Of a stretch of DNA of 64,000 nt, positions 1 to 11,518 are shown piece after piece. This DNA is from Chiloscyllium plagiosum (taxonomy: Eukaryota). Numbering within the stretch: position 1 is the stretch's first letter; each line of letters begins with the position of its first letter. Under the pieces are notes generated by a model that was not told where the DNA came from, did not search any database, and worked only from the letters and a program-made list of their open reading frames with translations. The position numbers and the translations under genes are program-made. Location: contig NC_057718.1 in the NCBI RefSeq assembly GCF_004010195.1, positions 49,050,021 through 49,114,020 on the forward strand. Reading direction: 5' to 3'.

Positions 1-750
1 TCACTATTTTAACATGGCTGATCTAGTTCAGTCAATGGTAACCTCTAAGATGTTGATAGTGGGTACTCAGTGATGCTAATATAATCAGTTGTTAGGGATT
101 AGATTCTCCCTTATTGGAGATGGCCATTGCCTGCTACTTAATGGGCACAAATCTTACTTGCCACTGAATCAGCTTAAATCAGCCTTCATTCCTGATGATT
201 TGGAGATGCCGGTGTTGGACTGGGGTGTACAAAGTTAAAAATCACACAATACCAGATTATAGTCCAACAGGTTTGTTTGGAAGCATTAGCTTTCGGAGCA
301 CTGCTCCTTCACCTGATGACTATTAGACTATAACTTGGTGTTGTGTGATTTTTAACTTCATTCCTGATGAAGGGGTTTTGCCTGAAACTTCAATTGTCCT
401 GCTCCTGATGCTGCCTGACCTGCTGTGCTTTTCCACTCTCGACTCTAATCTCCAGTATCTGCAGTCCTCACTTCAGTCTCAACCAAAGTCTTGTTCAAGT
501 CTTGTAGTGAGTGGGACTGAGGTGATTTGCCCTCCAACATTTATAATCATCTCCCTTTGTTCTCAGTTTGAGTCCAACCAATGGGGTTTTCCCCAAGATG
601 CCCATTGCCATTTTAGGGCTCCTTCATGTCATACAATGTCAAATGCTGCGTTGATCTCATGGACACTTACTCTCACCTCCCGCCCTGAGTTCAGTTCTTT
701 TGTCCTTGTAATAAGGTCAGAAGCTGAATTGCTCCTGCGGAACTCAAACT
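1..750 (-). mobile_element. Old CR1-group LINE debris (second lineage), interrupted by the PLE fragments
   Basis: Reverse complement resembles plus-strand copies at 13530-14090 and 56250-57770. Confidence 0.5.
184..475. mobile_element. Nested Penelope-like pLTR fragments: family C collapsed inverted pair inserted at the start of a family A arm
   Basis: Family C sequence (ggtgttggactggggtgtacaaagtt...agctttcggagcactgctccttca) is flanked by duplicated cttcattcctgatga (184-198, 356-370) and followed by a family A arm ctgatgaagggg...gctgcctgacctgctgtgcttttcca. Confidence 0.75.
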
Positions 751-1817
751 GAATATAAAGGTTATGCGCATGTCAAAAGCCAAAGGTCCTTGGAAAATGG
801 TGGGAGGCAGTGTAGTACATAACAGGTGAAGACTAACCGCAGATTGCCCACAATCCTTTCATTCATTCTTTCTGTAAAAACATTTTATTTATTTTACAAT
901 TCTGTCATCAATTGCACTCTGCACCTGGAGTGTGAAGTAAATGATCTTAAATTATTCCATGCTACTGACTTGATTTGTTAAGAGATCAAAAGTATTTTCC
1001 TGAGTTCTACACAGATTTTCTGCCACTTACAGTGACTCACAGCCAATAATATGAACTGTATTAAACTGCCCAGCTGAAAGTATGTTGTGACTTTCGCTAA
1101 CCCCTTTTCCATCCATTGTATTCATGGATGTCTCTATGCTGTTATTTCTCTTTATAAAGCCCTGCCTTTAGCTTTGCTTTCTGTAGCTTGAATCTTTGCT
1201 GTTGGTCATTTAATGTTACATTTCAATTAAAAATTAACCACTGCTGATGGTATGCAAACATTTTGTAATTATGCAATACTTTGACATCTAAATAGGTAAA
1301 AAATATTACACAATGGGATGAAAGACGTCTCTAGAATGGATATTAGAGTGTAATCATGAAGCACAGAAGGGGAGAATTTGAACCATTGCATCTATAGTAG
1401 ATAGCAAAAGCAGACGAGATTCCTGGTCAGCCCTGTGGTGTGAAGAAATTGAAGCCCCACTGTCACTATCCGCAGCTTCAGGTCACAACATGGAAGTGAA
1501 GTGTACATTTCCTTCCAAAACTCGGGTGGGCCAGTGGCTAATCAACTGGTGTGGATCAGTTTGAACCTTATTCTAGCTGCAGTGAGTTCAAGACCTGCCT
1601 TTTGCCCTAACTGTGGTAGACATATCAGTGGGCAGTGACATGAAGACAGCCATGTTTACATTTCATTGACACATTTAAATCAGCTTCCCATACAATCATT
1701 GCAAGCCAGACTAAAACATTACTGTTGCTAGGGTGAGTTTTTCGAGTTCAGTTAACCTGCAGAAAAAGAAAGCACAAGCTATGAGCATTTTGAATCTCAC
1801 CTTTAGTTGAAGAATTA

Positions 1818-2105
1818 TAGAATCTTATCACTGTCAAAACAGGCCATTCAGCCCATTGGGTCCTCACTGACATTCTGAAGAGCATCCCACCAATCCCTGG
1901 GACCCTACATTTATCATGGCTAATCCACCTAATCTGCATACTATGGGCAATTTAGCATTACCAATCCACCTACTCTGCATATCTTTGGACTGTGGGAAAA
2001 ACCCCACACAGACACAGGGAGAATGTGCAAACTCCTCACAGATAGAATTGAACTTGGGTCCATGGTGTTGTGAGGCTGTAGTGCGAACCACAGAGCTATC
2101 ATGCC
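1818..2105 (-). mobile_element. HE1-like V-SINE, diverged
   Basis: V-domain ggagaatgtgcaaactc and gggcaatttagcat, with a tRNA-like head. Confidence 0.8.
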
Positions 2106-2284
2106 AACCCAAGAAAAGCAGAAATGCTTCCACCAACTTTCTATGATCATGGTCTTTCTTTCTCTTAATTTCTATAATCACAGACTTGTTCTCAGCCCTA
2201 AAACACAGACTTTCTTGCCCTGATAACTCTGATGAGGTCCTATCAGCAGAGTGCCCAGCTACAACGTCCTGACTTCCGCTCAAT

Positions 2285-2594
2285 TTAGATTAGATTACTT
2301 ACAGTGTGGAAACAGGCCCTTCGGCCCAACAAGTCCACACCGATCTGCCGAAGCACAACCCACCCAGACCCATACCCCTACGTTTACCTAACACTACGGG
2401 CAATTTAGCATGGCCGATTCACCTAACCTGCACATTTTTGGACTGTGAGCGGAAACCAGAGCACCTGGAGGAAACCCACGCAGACATGGAGAGAATGTGC
2501 AAACTCCATACAGACAGTCACCTGAGGCGGGAATTGAAACTGGGCTCTGGCCCTGTGAGACAGTAGTGCTAACCACTGTGCCACTGTGCCGCCC
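2285..2594 (-). mobile_element. HE1-like V-SINE, full length
   Basis: tRNA-derived head with A/B boxes, V-domain, CR1-like 3' end (gggccgaagggcctgtttccacactgta) and (aatct)n tail. Confidence 0.9.
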
Positions 2595-2884
2595 AACCCA
2601 ACTTAGCTGTTGGTCAGGAAACAGAGGAAAAGATTAATAATGTATGATGCTACATTCACCACCTCCCACTAAGTATCTTGCAGGACTACAATTTTGTCAC
2701 ACCCATAGGTGCAGCTTTTGTCATGGATACAATTGTGTTTCAACTATAAATAAAATCCTCCTTTTAAGGTGCATTAGCTTCAGGAAATATGCTTTGTTAA
2801 TCTTGTTGGTGTGGAGGGAAAATAGATACTAAATTAATAATAATGACTTTTTCAATATGGCTATACAGTTTCAAATTGACCACA

Positions 2885-3110
2885 CTGAAATGTGGTAACT
2901 CTTGTAGAACAGGTGTGGCAGCAATTTGCACATGTCAAAGTCCCATAATCAGCATTGATTGACCTGCCAGTCTTTTCTTGGTTGCACTACTTATGGAACA
3001 ATCTATTGGCCAGGGTAACTCCCTACTCCTTCTCAAATAGTCCAATCAACTATTTTCCATTCAGCTCAGCAGCTGGAGAAAGCCATGCATTCAATGTCTC
3101 ATCTGAAAGC
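2885..3110 (-). mobile_element. Deu-domain SINE fragment (SacSINE1/AmnSINE-like)
   Basis: gtggcagcaatttgcaca...ggccagg...aactccctactccttctcaaatagt is the reverse complement of the core at 18310-18710. Confidence 0.55.
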
Positions 3111-4199
3111 TACCAAAATAAGAGAGCTAAATTGACACTGTGATGAGTGTGCAACTTGCACTTTGACATATCTTGTTGCAAAAGCATCTATTCATGCGAT
3201 GGTGGCTCTGTAAGACGCTTGTTCCATAAAACACTGGTTCAACCGGTTCAAACCACATTTCACAGAAGCTGTGCAAACATCTGCATAAAGCAGTGGACAT
3301 TCCTAATGTCTGATGTGATGTGTAACCTCGAGATAAATAGCTAGTTAAAATTGGTGGTAATTTATTTCTCCAGGTAGAAGCACGAAATAGGTTATCCCAT
3401 GAGCAGTTCAAGAATATTTGCGTTTGAAGTGGATAGCTGCAGGGAAGCTTGTTCTCCCAGTTCTAACATTTCCTGTCCTTTGCCTTTCAAAAAACAGCAG
3501 CATAGGCCCACTCTACTGACTTGTCAGAGTCCTTTTGAGGTTGTATACTGTCCTCCTCACAACTCACAATGCTTCCAAATCCAAAGATGTCTGACATCTT
3601 AAATAGGATGATGGATAGCTCATGGTCATCTCACTGATCTCCACCAAGTTGTGCCTCTTCAGAGAGGTAAGAGTTACTTACTGCTGGCTCAAGAGAGGTT
3701 TGCCAGTGAAAGGAGACAGGGAAGTGGGAACATATCTAAAAAAAGCTCCCATATCTCACCCATGAATATACCAAAACCAGCAGACTCTTATTCGATGTCT
3801 GACTGCTCCTGAACTGGTGGAACAAACTTTGGTAGAAGGCACATGGATGTCAACACCCTGGGAGCTAGGATCTGACCAAAGTGATTCTATCTCTGCTGAA
3901 CTGTATGGATTGTACGACATAGTAACAGGATGAGAGAAACATTGCAACTCCCCAAGGGAAGGAAAATGTTTTCTTGCTGTTTTATTATATTATTAATTTT
4001 CCTTGTTATTTCCTCACATAAAATATATTAATTTGCACTATTTCCCATTACTGTCCATTCTTGTGCCCTGAGTAACAATTTGCCTCTTCAGTTGTTTGAT
4101 GAAGAATAGGAGAGCATGATGGATAAATGGTTCATGATTGTTACTTTGACCTTGCTGACTTACTAACAAAATCTCGAGTGCTCACATCCTTGCCATCTT

Positions 4200-4410
4200 G
4201 AGCTGCAATGTGAGCAGCTGCTGTTGGGGTGTCAAGGTCATCCTTCTCCTCCTCTTCACTGAATTCAGGAGGAGGTGATGAGTGATTAGCTCTTCATTAC
4301 TTCTCCAGCTCCAATCCTTTCTGTTGTGCAATGTTGTGCAGACAGCAACACAATAAAACCCTTTGAATCTGACCCTTTGGAAGCACTATTCCTCAGAGAG
4401 ACGTCTCAGC
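4200..4410 (-). mobile_element. PIF/Harbinger transposase C-terminal remnant
   Basis: Minus strand encodes CCCLHNIAQQKGLELEK, matching the CCxLHN motif at the end of HARBI1-type DDE transposases. Confidence 0.55.
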
Positions 4411-4439
4411 ATGATTGTACATTTTGCTTGATTAAATAA

Positions 4440-5060
4440 CCTCTGTTATCCCCTTCTCTGTTATTCTTCTGTTAACTCCTGTCTCATCTCTTCCCATCTC
4501 TGGTATCCCATTGTTATCTCTTCTCTTTGTTAACCCTCCCTCTCTGTTATTCCCCTTTCTATTACACCACTCTCTCTCACACCTCTTTGGATTAAAGCCC
4601 TTCTGATCTATTTCTCTCTGTTACTTCTCTGTCTAATACGCTACTGTATGATATATCCTACTCTGTTATAGCACTCGCTGTTCCACTCATCTCTATTCAA
4701 TCCCTCCCTGATCACATACATCTGTGTTACAGCTCTCTTTGTTCCGAACTACTCTGTTACTTCATCTCTGTTACACCCCTTCACTTTTATCACCTCTCCG
4801 TCACAGCTCTCTCTGTTACCCTCTCTTTTTAACCCCAATTCTTCCTGTCACCATTCCTGTCTATGAGCTTTTCTTCTCTGTTACACCGCTCTGTTGCTTC
4901 CCTCTCCATTCAGTCCACAATATTACCCTCCTGTCTGTTACAGTCCCCTCTCTGTTAATCCCTCTCTGCCTCAATACTTTGCTGTTATCCCCCTCTGTTA
5001 CTTTCTTCTCTTGCTGTCATCTACCTATACATTCTTTTACTGTAATCTTACTGCTGTAGA
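4440..5060. repeat. Degenerate pyrimidine-rich minisatellite built on ctctgtta
   Basis: At least a dozen ctgtta cores at irregular spacing in a C/T-rich tract. Confidence 0.85.
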
Positions 5061-5615
5061 TGATGGTTGTATTTACTTTAACTTGTTGATTAGCTTGAAT
5101 ACTTTCATTCAGCTTCAGTGGTTGGAATATGGTGAAACCGCCATCTTCACTTTCTCAGTTCTGCTATTTCAGGGCTGCTTCTTGCTTGGCATGATCATTG
5201 TCACTGGTATTAAGGATTCAACTTGAGAAGAAAATTAGGTGAAATTCTCTGTTAGAACTTGCCATTTTTTGAATTGCCCAGCAAGTGATATCAGACATAA
5301 ATCTATCATATGTATTTTTGTTCATCCAGCTATGCTGCACTCTGAGTTAAAGGTGCATGCATGAGTTCAAGTGGGGTGTACTGCTCATTAGCTATCTGGT
5401 TGCTAGTGTTTGCTCACTCTGAACTCTAGTCATTACAGTATAGTCACAGATTTCCAACCTATTTACAGTTTGAAACAAATTTCTTATACCAGTAAATTCA
5501 TCTTAGTAAATCTGTCTTTGTATAGTTCTTCCATGAGTCTAGGGAGTTGTAAGAATAATTTTATCAGTTGTCCATTCACTGGTCTTTCCACAACTGGATG
5601 TTCCTTAACTAAATG

Positions 5616-5818
5616 AAAATTGAAAGATCTGCAGTTGCTGTAAATTAGAAACAAAAACAGAAATTGCTGGAAAAGCTCAGCAGGCCTGGCAGTATCTGTG
5701 AAGAGGAATCAGAATTAATGTTTCAGGTCTGGTAACCCATCCTCAAGGCATTAACTCTGATTTCTCTTCAGAGATGCTGCCAGGCCTGCTGAGCGTTTCC
5801 AGCAATTTCTGTTTTTGA
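5616..5818. mobile_element. PLE family D collapsed inverted pair
   Basis: Arms aaaaacagaaattgctggaaaagctcagcaggcctggcag / ctgccaggcctgctgagcgtttccagcaatttctgttttt; TSD tccttaacYaaatg at 5602-5615 and 5819-5832. Confidence 0.8.
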
Positions 5819-6072
5819 TCCTTAACCAAATGCTCCTTGACATGCTTTATCATGACTGGCTACAGTTGTGCTAGTTGTTTTCTTGTCAATAAGTACTTGG
5901 ACTCCTGTCATTTGAAGAAGACTGAGGTCAAGAAATGCTTTATACAGAAGATCGGGAATTCTTGAATGTGAAACATGTTTAAGTTCTCTATTCACCCATG
6001 TGTTGGAGAGCTACCTGTGATGTAATTTTAATCTTAAATGATATACTTCCTGGGTAAAGTAGGTGGACTCGA

Positions 6073-6190
6073 GACATAGAGTCATAGAGATGTACATCAC
6101 GGAAACAGACCCTTCGGCCCATCTCGTCCATGCCAACCTGCTATCCTAACTTAATCTAGTCTAATTTGCTAGCACTTGCCCTGTATCCTA
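6073..6190 (-). mobile_element. CR1/HER1 LINE 3' tail
   Basis: catagagtcatagagatgtac...ggaaacagacccttcggccc matches the 3' ends of the longer CR1 copies. Confidence 0.8.
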
Positions 6191-6514
6191 TTGTTGGATG
6201 TGGTTAGTGTGTTTGAATCATGGGGCACTAACATGTAGAAATCATGAATGAAAATAATTAATGATTCCCAATACCAAAATTCCTCTGTTAAATCATGCTA
6301 TTTTGAGAACTTTATTTATTCTGAGATAAAGGAACTGTCAAAAGCTTCCTGTGCTTCTTAAAAAGTATCTGTTGTTTATTTAAACTTGGCAAGCTAAAAC
6401 TTTAGCTATCCTCCCAAATATATATAGAGAATATGTACTTATTCAACTACTGATTTAGTAATAAATTGAAAGCCAAACTGTATTTTAAGAATTGTTTTCT
6501 CCAAACTGTTCAAC

Positions 6515-6850
6515 TCTTTGTCGAAGATCCATCCCACCCTGGTAATATTTTACTACAACCTCTACCATGGGGCGGGAGGGGGACGGAGGGTACAGAAGCC
6601 TGAACACACGCACCAGCCTGTTTCGAAACATTTTCTACCCTACTTTTGTTAGAATACTGAATGGACTCACAAACGCTTAACATTTGCCTGTACCTGTGTT
6701 TTTGTTTTTGCCATTGTTTACCTATTATTTACTTACCTATGCTATTTAACTCTGTGATCTGCCTGTATTGCTCACAAAGCAAAGCTTTTCACTGTGCCTC
6801 AGTACACATGACAACAAATTCAATTCAATTCAATCCAACTCAATTCAAAT
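6515..6850 (+). mobile_element. Rex1/Babar-type LINE 3' end with (caatt)n tail
   Basis: Resembles the 3' part of the 16040-16834 copy and ends in aattcaattcaattcaat. Confidence 0.6.
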
Positions 6851-7507
6851 ATTTGCTACATCTCTGAAATTAAATCTTCCTGACAATATTATTTGTGATT
6901 TAATGTCTTCCTCACATGATTAATTATTTCTTTGTAAAGGGCTTTTAATGTTGCAATAATAGAAATGACAAGGCTCTGTGCTGCTATTGAAGAGTTTTTC
7001 AGGTTTTTGCCACTGTGGCTAAAATGGAGGATTCCCCATTTTGCAGGAAAACTGGAGAATTGATGCCTTTTTATACAGCTTCTCTGGATGAATCCCACTA
7101 TTGCATATATAAATAACAATTTCAATTTCCTTAACAGCCCTGTTGAATGAATTCCCCTGCCTGCACCTTTACAAACACATTAGCCGATTCCTGCTGTCTA
7201 TGCCTCTAAATATACTCCACGTTTCCTTCATGGTATTCCCTAAAACAATTCCTGCTGTCTATCTCCAGTATAAATAAATGCTTATCACTTTTATGGCAGT
7301 TTTAAGAATGGATCACCTGCCTTTGCTGCAGCCTTAATAAAATCTCATAACTCCTTCTTCTGTTAGATCATGTCTGCTTAGCTTTTGGCTTTGCCTCTTT
7401 ACCATTCTGGCTCTAAAATGTCCCCAGTTTTGTGACTACAGTTTGAATTGCTTCTGTGTCACTTGATTTCTCTGTAGCTGAGTCTCATGGTTGCCTACTT
7501 GTACAAT

Positions 7508-7547
7508 GAGTTCTGAGGAAGGGTCACTGGACCCGAAATGTTAACTC
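7508..7547 (+). ncRNA. Minimal type I hammerhead motif (PLE family D), start of a solo arm running to about 7625
   Basis: gagtt-CTGAGGA-a-gggtc(actg)gaccc-GAAA-tg-TT-aactc: 5-bp helix I, 5-bp helix II; predicted cleavage after 7542. Confidence 0.75.
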
Positions 7548-9600
7548 TGATTTCTCTCTCCACAGATGCTGCCAGACCTGCTGAGCTTATCCAGCAATTC
7601 CTATTCTAGTTCCAGATTTTTGCAGTTGTGGCAGTAATCGAGCCTCCGAAAATAGACAATTAAGCCGGGCCCAGCAACAGGGAAAGAAGTGTATTTAAGG
7701 GCCTCACAGCTGTCAAAACTTAAAACTTAGTCCGAGCTCTACAAATGCATTGCTGCCTCAGAGCTTGCATTCTGAAAACCCTATCCTAAGGTTACACATT
7801 GGGAATCCCTATTCTATAATGTCAGACCCCCTGGCAAAGTCTTATCTGTTTCAACATAACCATTTCCCATTCTTCTAAATTCCATCATAACACCAATCTC
7901 ATCAGATGTATGTGCATAAAAAGCAGTCATTGAGACTGTGCAGACTTATCAGAAAGTTGCAAGAAAGGAAGAGAGTAGTATATCTGTTGTTATGAAACTA
8001 GAAAAGAGGTCTGTCATAGAGTGAAAAAAATGTTCAATGATAATCTTCTGAGGGAAAGATCTATTCATTTCTCCCTCAGCTGTAAAGGTAAACATCAGGA
8101 TCCCACATGCATGTGCAAAGGGTGGAATACATCTTTAAGGCAGCTATTAGTAACTTCTACTGTTTCAGCCACTGTGGCATAGAGCATCTTTCTGGTGCAC
8201 TTGTGGCTCATGACATAGTTCCAAAATTAAAATGTTTGATCTAATTTTATCGCCGAAAAAATGTTTAATTGTGCCCTCTATTGGAACTTGAACTCTGAAG
8301 ATTGTTAGTCCAGAATCTCTGTGGAAGGCCCACTGGGGTGAATGCAGAGTGGGTCAAGACACATAAAATATATTAAAAAGACAGATTTGCTGCATCTGTA
8401 CTTTAAAAGTGAATTCCAGTATACTGGTATACATCTGGTCTCAAAACAAACACATCAGACCAAAAACTCAAACTAAAAGATTTCACTGTTTTGGAACTTG
8501 TCTTTTCAGTCCAGATTACATTTTCTTTCTAGATTACATGTTCACCATCCATGTCAGTTGCTAATATTTTATATCAATACACTAATTTTTAAATTACTTA
8601 TGGAGTTATTGTGAAAGGGAAAGGAAAGGGTCAAAATATCTTTCCTATTTTTAAAAACATAAAGCAAAGTCGGCTATGGTGAGGTTTGTGGCAGAATCAA
8701 ATGACAGGTCTGATGAGGCCCATCTTAAGTTTGAAGTAAGCAAGCTGTGTCACTTGTGCTTTTGCCAAGCCTTGTTAATGAAGGCAGATTATAATTTATT
8801 AAATGGCTTCTAATGTCATTACATTCTTCATTAACATAAAGCTTCCTATCTTTCCAAACAAGCTAGATGTTGATAATTCTTAACATGGAAGTCAGAGTGA
8901 GTACCTGACAACTTCAGCACACCATTTGCTCCAAAGCTTCTCCATGTTGGACATGGGCACCATCCAATATGTGCCAGCCTTGAAGAACCCACAAGGCACA
9001 TTTCTGTTCCACTCAAGGACACTTCTACCCTTCAATGCTATGCCTTGAGCTGTTGACAGCTGTCATTGTAATTCTGCTGAGCTAAATATATTGCAGTCTA
9101 TTGAAACAAAGGCATTTTAAAAAATATTTTTGTTAATGTCAAGTCAAAAAGTCTAGTATTTATAGGAAGGCTTTCATGTCCTTGGGGCATCCCAGAGCAC
9201 TTGCCAGTTAAGAAGTGTTTTTTGTAATGCTGTCAGCATTGTAATATGATCACACTGTGCACTCAGGGGGAAGGGGGGTGGTGGGTCACCCAGCAAATGG
9301 ACTGGACCAGGCTGAATCTGTGGGGTCTTTGCTTTCTTCATGTTGTACACATTCTGAGCCGAACTTGATGCGCCCAGTATCCCTGTCATGCCATTCCCTG
9401 CCTTTTTATGCTTTGTCTCTTCAGCCAGATTCATGAGGCTCATATTAATCATGTCTTGACTTGCCATTAAGTGCGGACACAAAGCCAGGAGGAAACTTGT
9501 CATGGTTGTCATCAATCTTCAGCCACTTCACTGAACATCGTCTTTGCTCAGGGGAGTTGGCACAGTAAGCCAAGAGCAGCTTCCAATACCAGTCAGTAGC

Positions 9601-9688
9601 TACCTGACGAAGGAGCAGCACGCCAAAAACTTGGACTTTCAAATAAAGCTAGACTATAACCTGGTGTTGTGTGATTTTTAATTTTCTG
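9601..9688 (+). mobile_element. PLE family C solo arm, degenerate
   Basis: acCTGACGAaggagcagc...caaataaa...gactataacctggtgttgtgtgattttta. Confidence 0.7.
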
Positions 9689-10854
9689 TTCTAGGCTGAT
9701 TTCCTTCTAGTTTGAGATACAGGCACGTATTAAATGGATGGCACAGCTGTTAGTTTTGATGTTTTTTGGGTCCTGATTGTGTAGGCAGCACAAAGGGCAT
9801 GCAGGTTAGTAGTGTCAAGGGCTGGGGTGGGGTGAGAAAACTGGGGACGATATTGCAGACAATAGAAAGAATGCTTGAACCTGAACCCTTGCTGGGCTTT
9901 TAAAGATAGGACAGGGCAAGGGGCCCAGTCTGTTGTCAGATATCCAGTCACTGGGGGGGGGGGGGGAGTTTGAGGAATGGCGTGTGGTAAAATGGGGATA
10001 GAACAAAACATGAGGGACACTATGGAATCAGTGTAGATAATTAATGAGATGTGTTTGTTAATATATAGCAAGAAATCTCTCCAGGTCTCACAGCGAGAAT
10101 CCATCCACAAAACCAAAGCAACTTGCACTTAGCCAAAAAGTCATTACGTTGTGTCCATCATTTTGAAACAACAATAGGAATGTCATCAATAGCCATAACA
10201 CTGCGTCTAAGCATCAACCTGCTCCTGAAGCCATTTAACAGGATTAAAATGAAATCACAAACCCTCCCACGATCTCATTCAGAACAACTGAAGGACATTG
10301 GGCTAAATATATTGCAGTCTACTGAAGCAATGACATTTTTTTTATATTTGTGTTAATGTCAAATCCAAAAGTTTAGTATTTATAGGAATGTTTTCATGGC
10401 CTTGGAGCATCCCAGAGCACTTTCCAGCTAAGAAGTGTTTTTTGTAATGCTGTCGGCATTGTAATGTGATTAACATATTGCATATAATCTGTTGTTAGTG
10501 CAACCTGAAAAGAGCCTAACCACCTGATCTCCTTTCATATTGTCCATTTGTCTTCTTTTGAATGTGATTTTTTTAACTCAATTTCCTCTTGAACTGATCT
10601 GTACTTTCACTTTCTGTTCCTGATCATGTAAGGAACCAGTGTACACTGCATTCTGGGACTCTGTTGTTTATTATTTTCCACATTCTATGAAGCAAAACTT
10701 TGAACAAGAATATGCACAATATATGTTGGTAACGTTGTTTTATGTTGGGTAGAAGGGATTATTACATTTTAAAAGGAGACCATTGATCATCCCCTCTCTG
10801 ACTCTGAATGTTTTCACTGATCACAAATCAAATGTGAAGAAGTAAAGTGATCAT

Positions 10855-11045
10855 AGACCTGACCTGATCTCTCATTAGAGTGAGACGATCAGTGATGGTT
10901 GAACCTGAAGGTCATCACACCGTCATTCAAGGAAAAATGTTGAGAAGGCAGGACCTTCATGGGTAACCTCAGCTAGTGCAGGAATTGAACACTTGCTGCT
11001 GGCATTACTCTGCATTGCAAACCTACCATCCAGCTAATTGGCCCC
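10855..11045 (-). mobile_element. tRNA-derived SINE fragment, family not identified
   Basis: Reverse-strand B-box-like gttcaattcctgc within a tRNA-like head. Confidence 0.45.
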
Positions 11046-11518
11046 TCACAGCAAAAGGGATAGTGTCTTCACAGTGAACATTTACGTTGATCTGCTATAA
11101 GTAATTTGAAGCATCACTTTCCCTGCCAATTTATTTCTCAAATCATTTCAGGAAATGTCTTTTAAGTCGTTTTCAGGAAGTTAGATTTTTTACTGTGGTA
11201 ACAACCGGAGGGTTGCTACATACTTAACAGTTAGACCGAAACACTACTGAATGAGAAACCAGGCTCCAAATTAAAGACAGCAATGCAACATACCACTAAG
11301 TGGTTGAAGTATTCTTTAAGAAAAATGTGCTTAGTAAAGTAATTAGAAAAGTGAGGGGTTTTCAAGGTCCGACATAACATGCCTCACGTTCCCTTTGAAT
11401 TGGATTCTCTTTTATCAATTACCCTTTCTTCCAACATTATTCTAAAATAGATATCTCTTAATTTCTCATTAACATAGACAGATGCTAAAAGTAGAGCTAA
11501 AGATGACATACTTATTAG

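Noticed and set aside
2229..2250. CTGATGAG as a hammerhead (also at 8710)
   Set aside because: No helix II followed by GAAA and NUH.
4724..5226. Hydrophobic ORFs suggesting a membrane protein
   Set aside because: Translation artefact of the pyrimidine-rich repeat.
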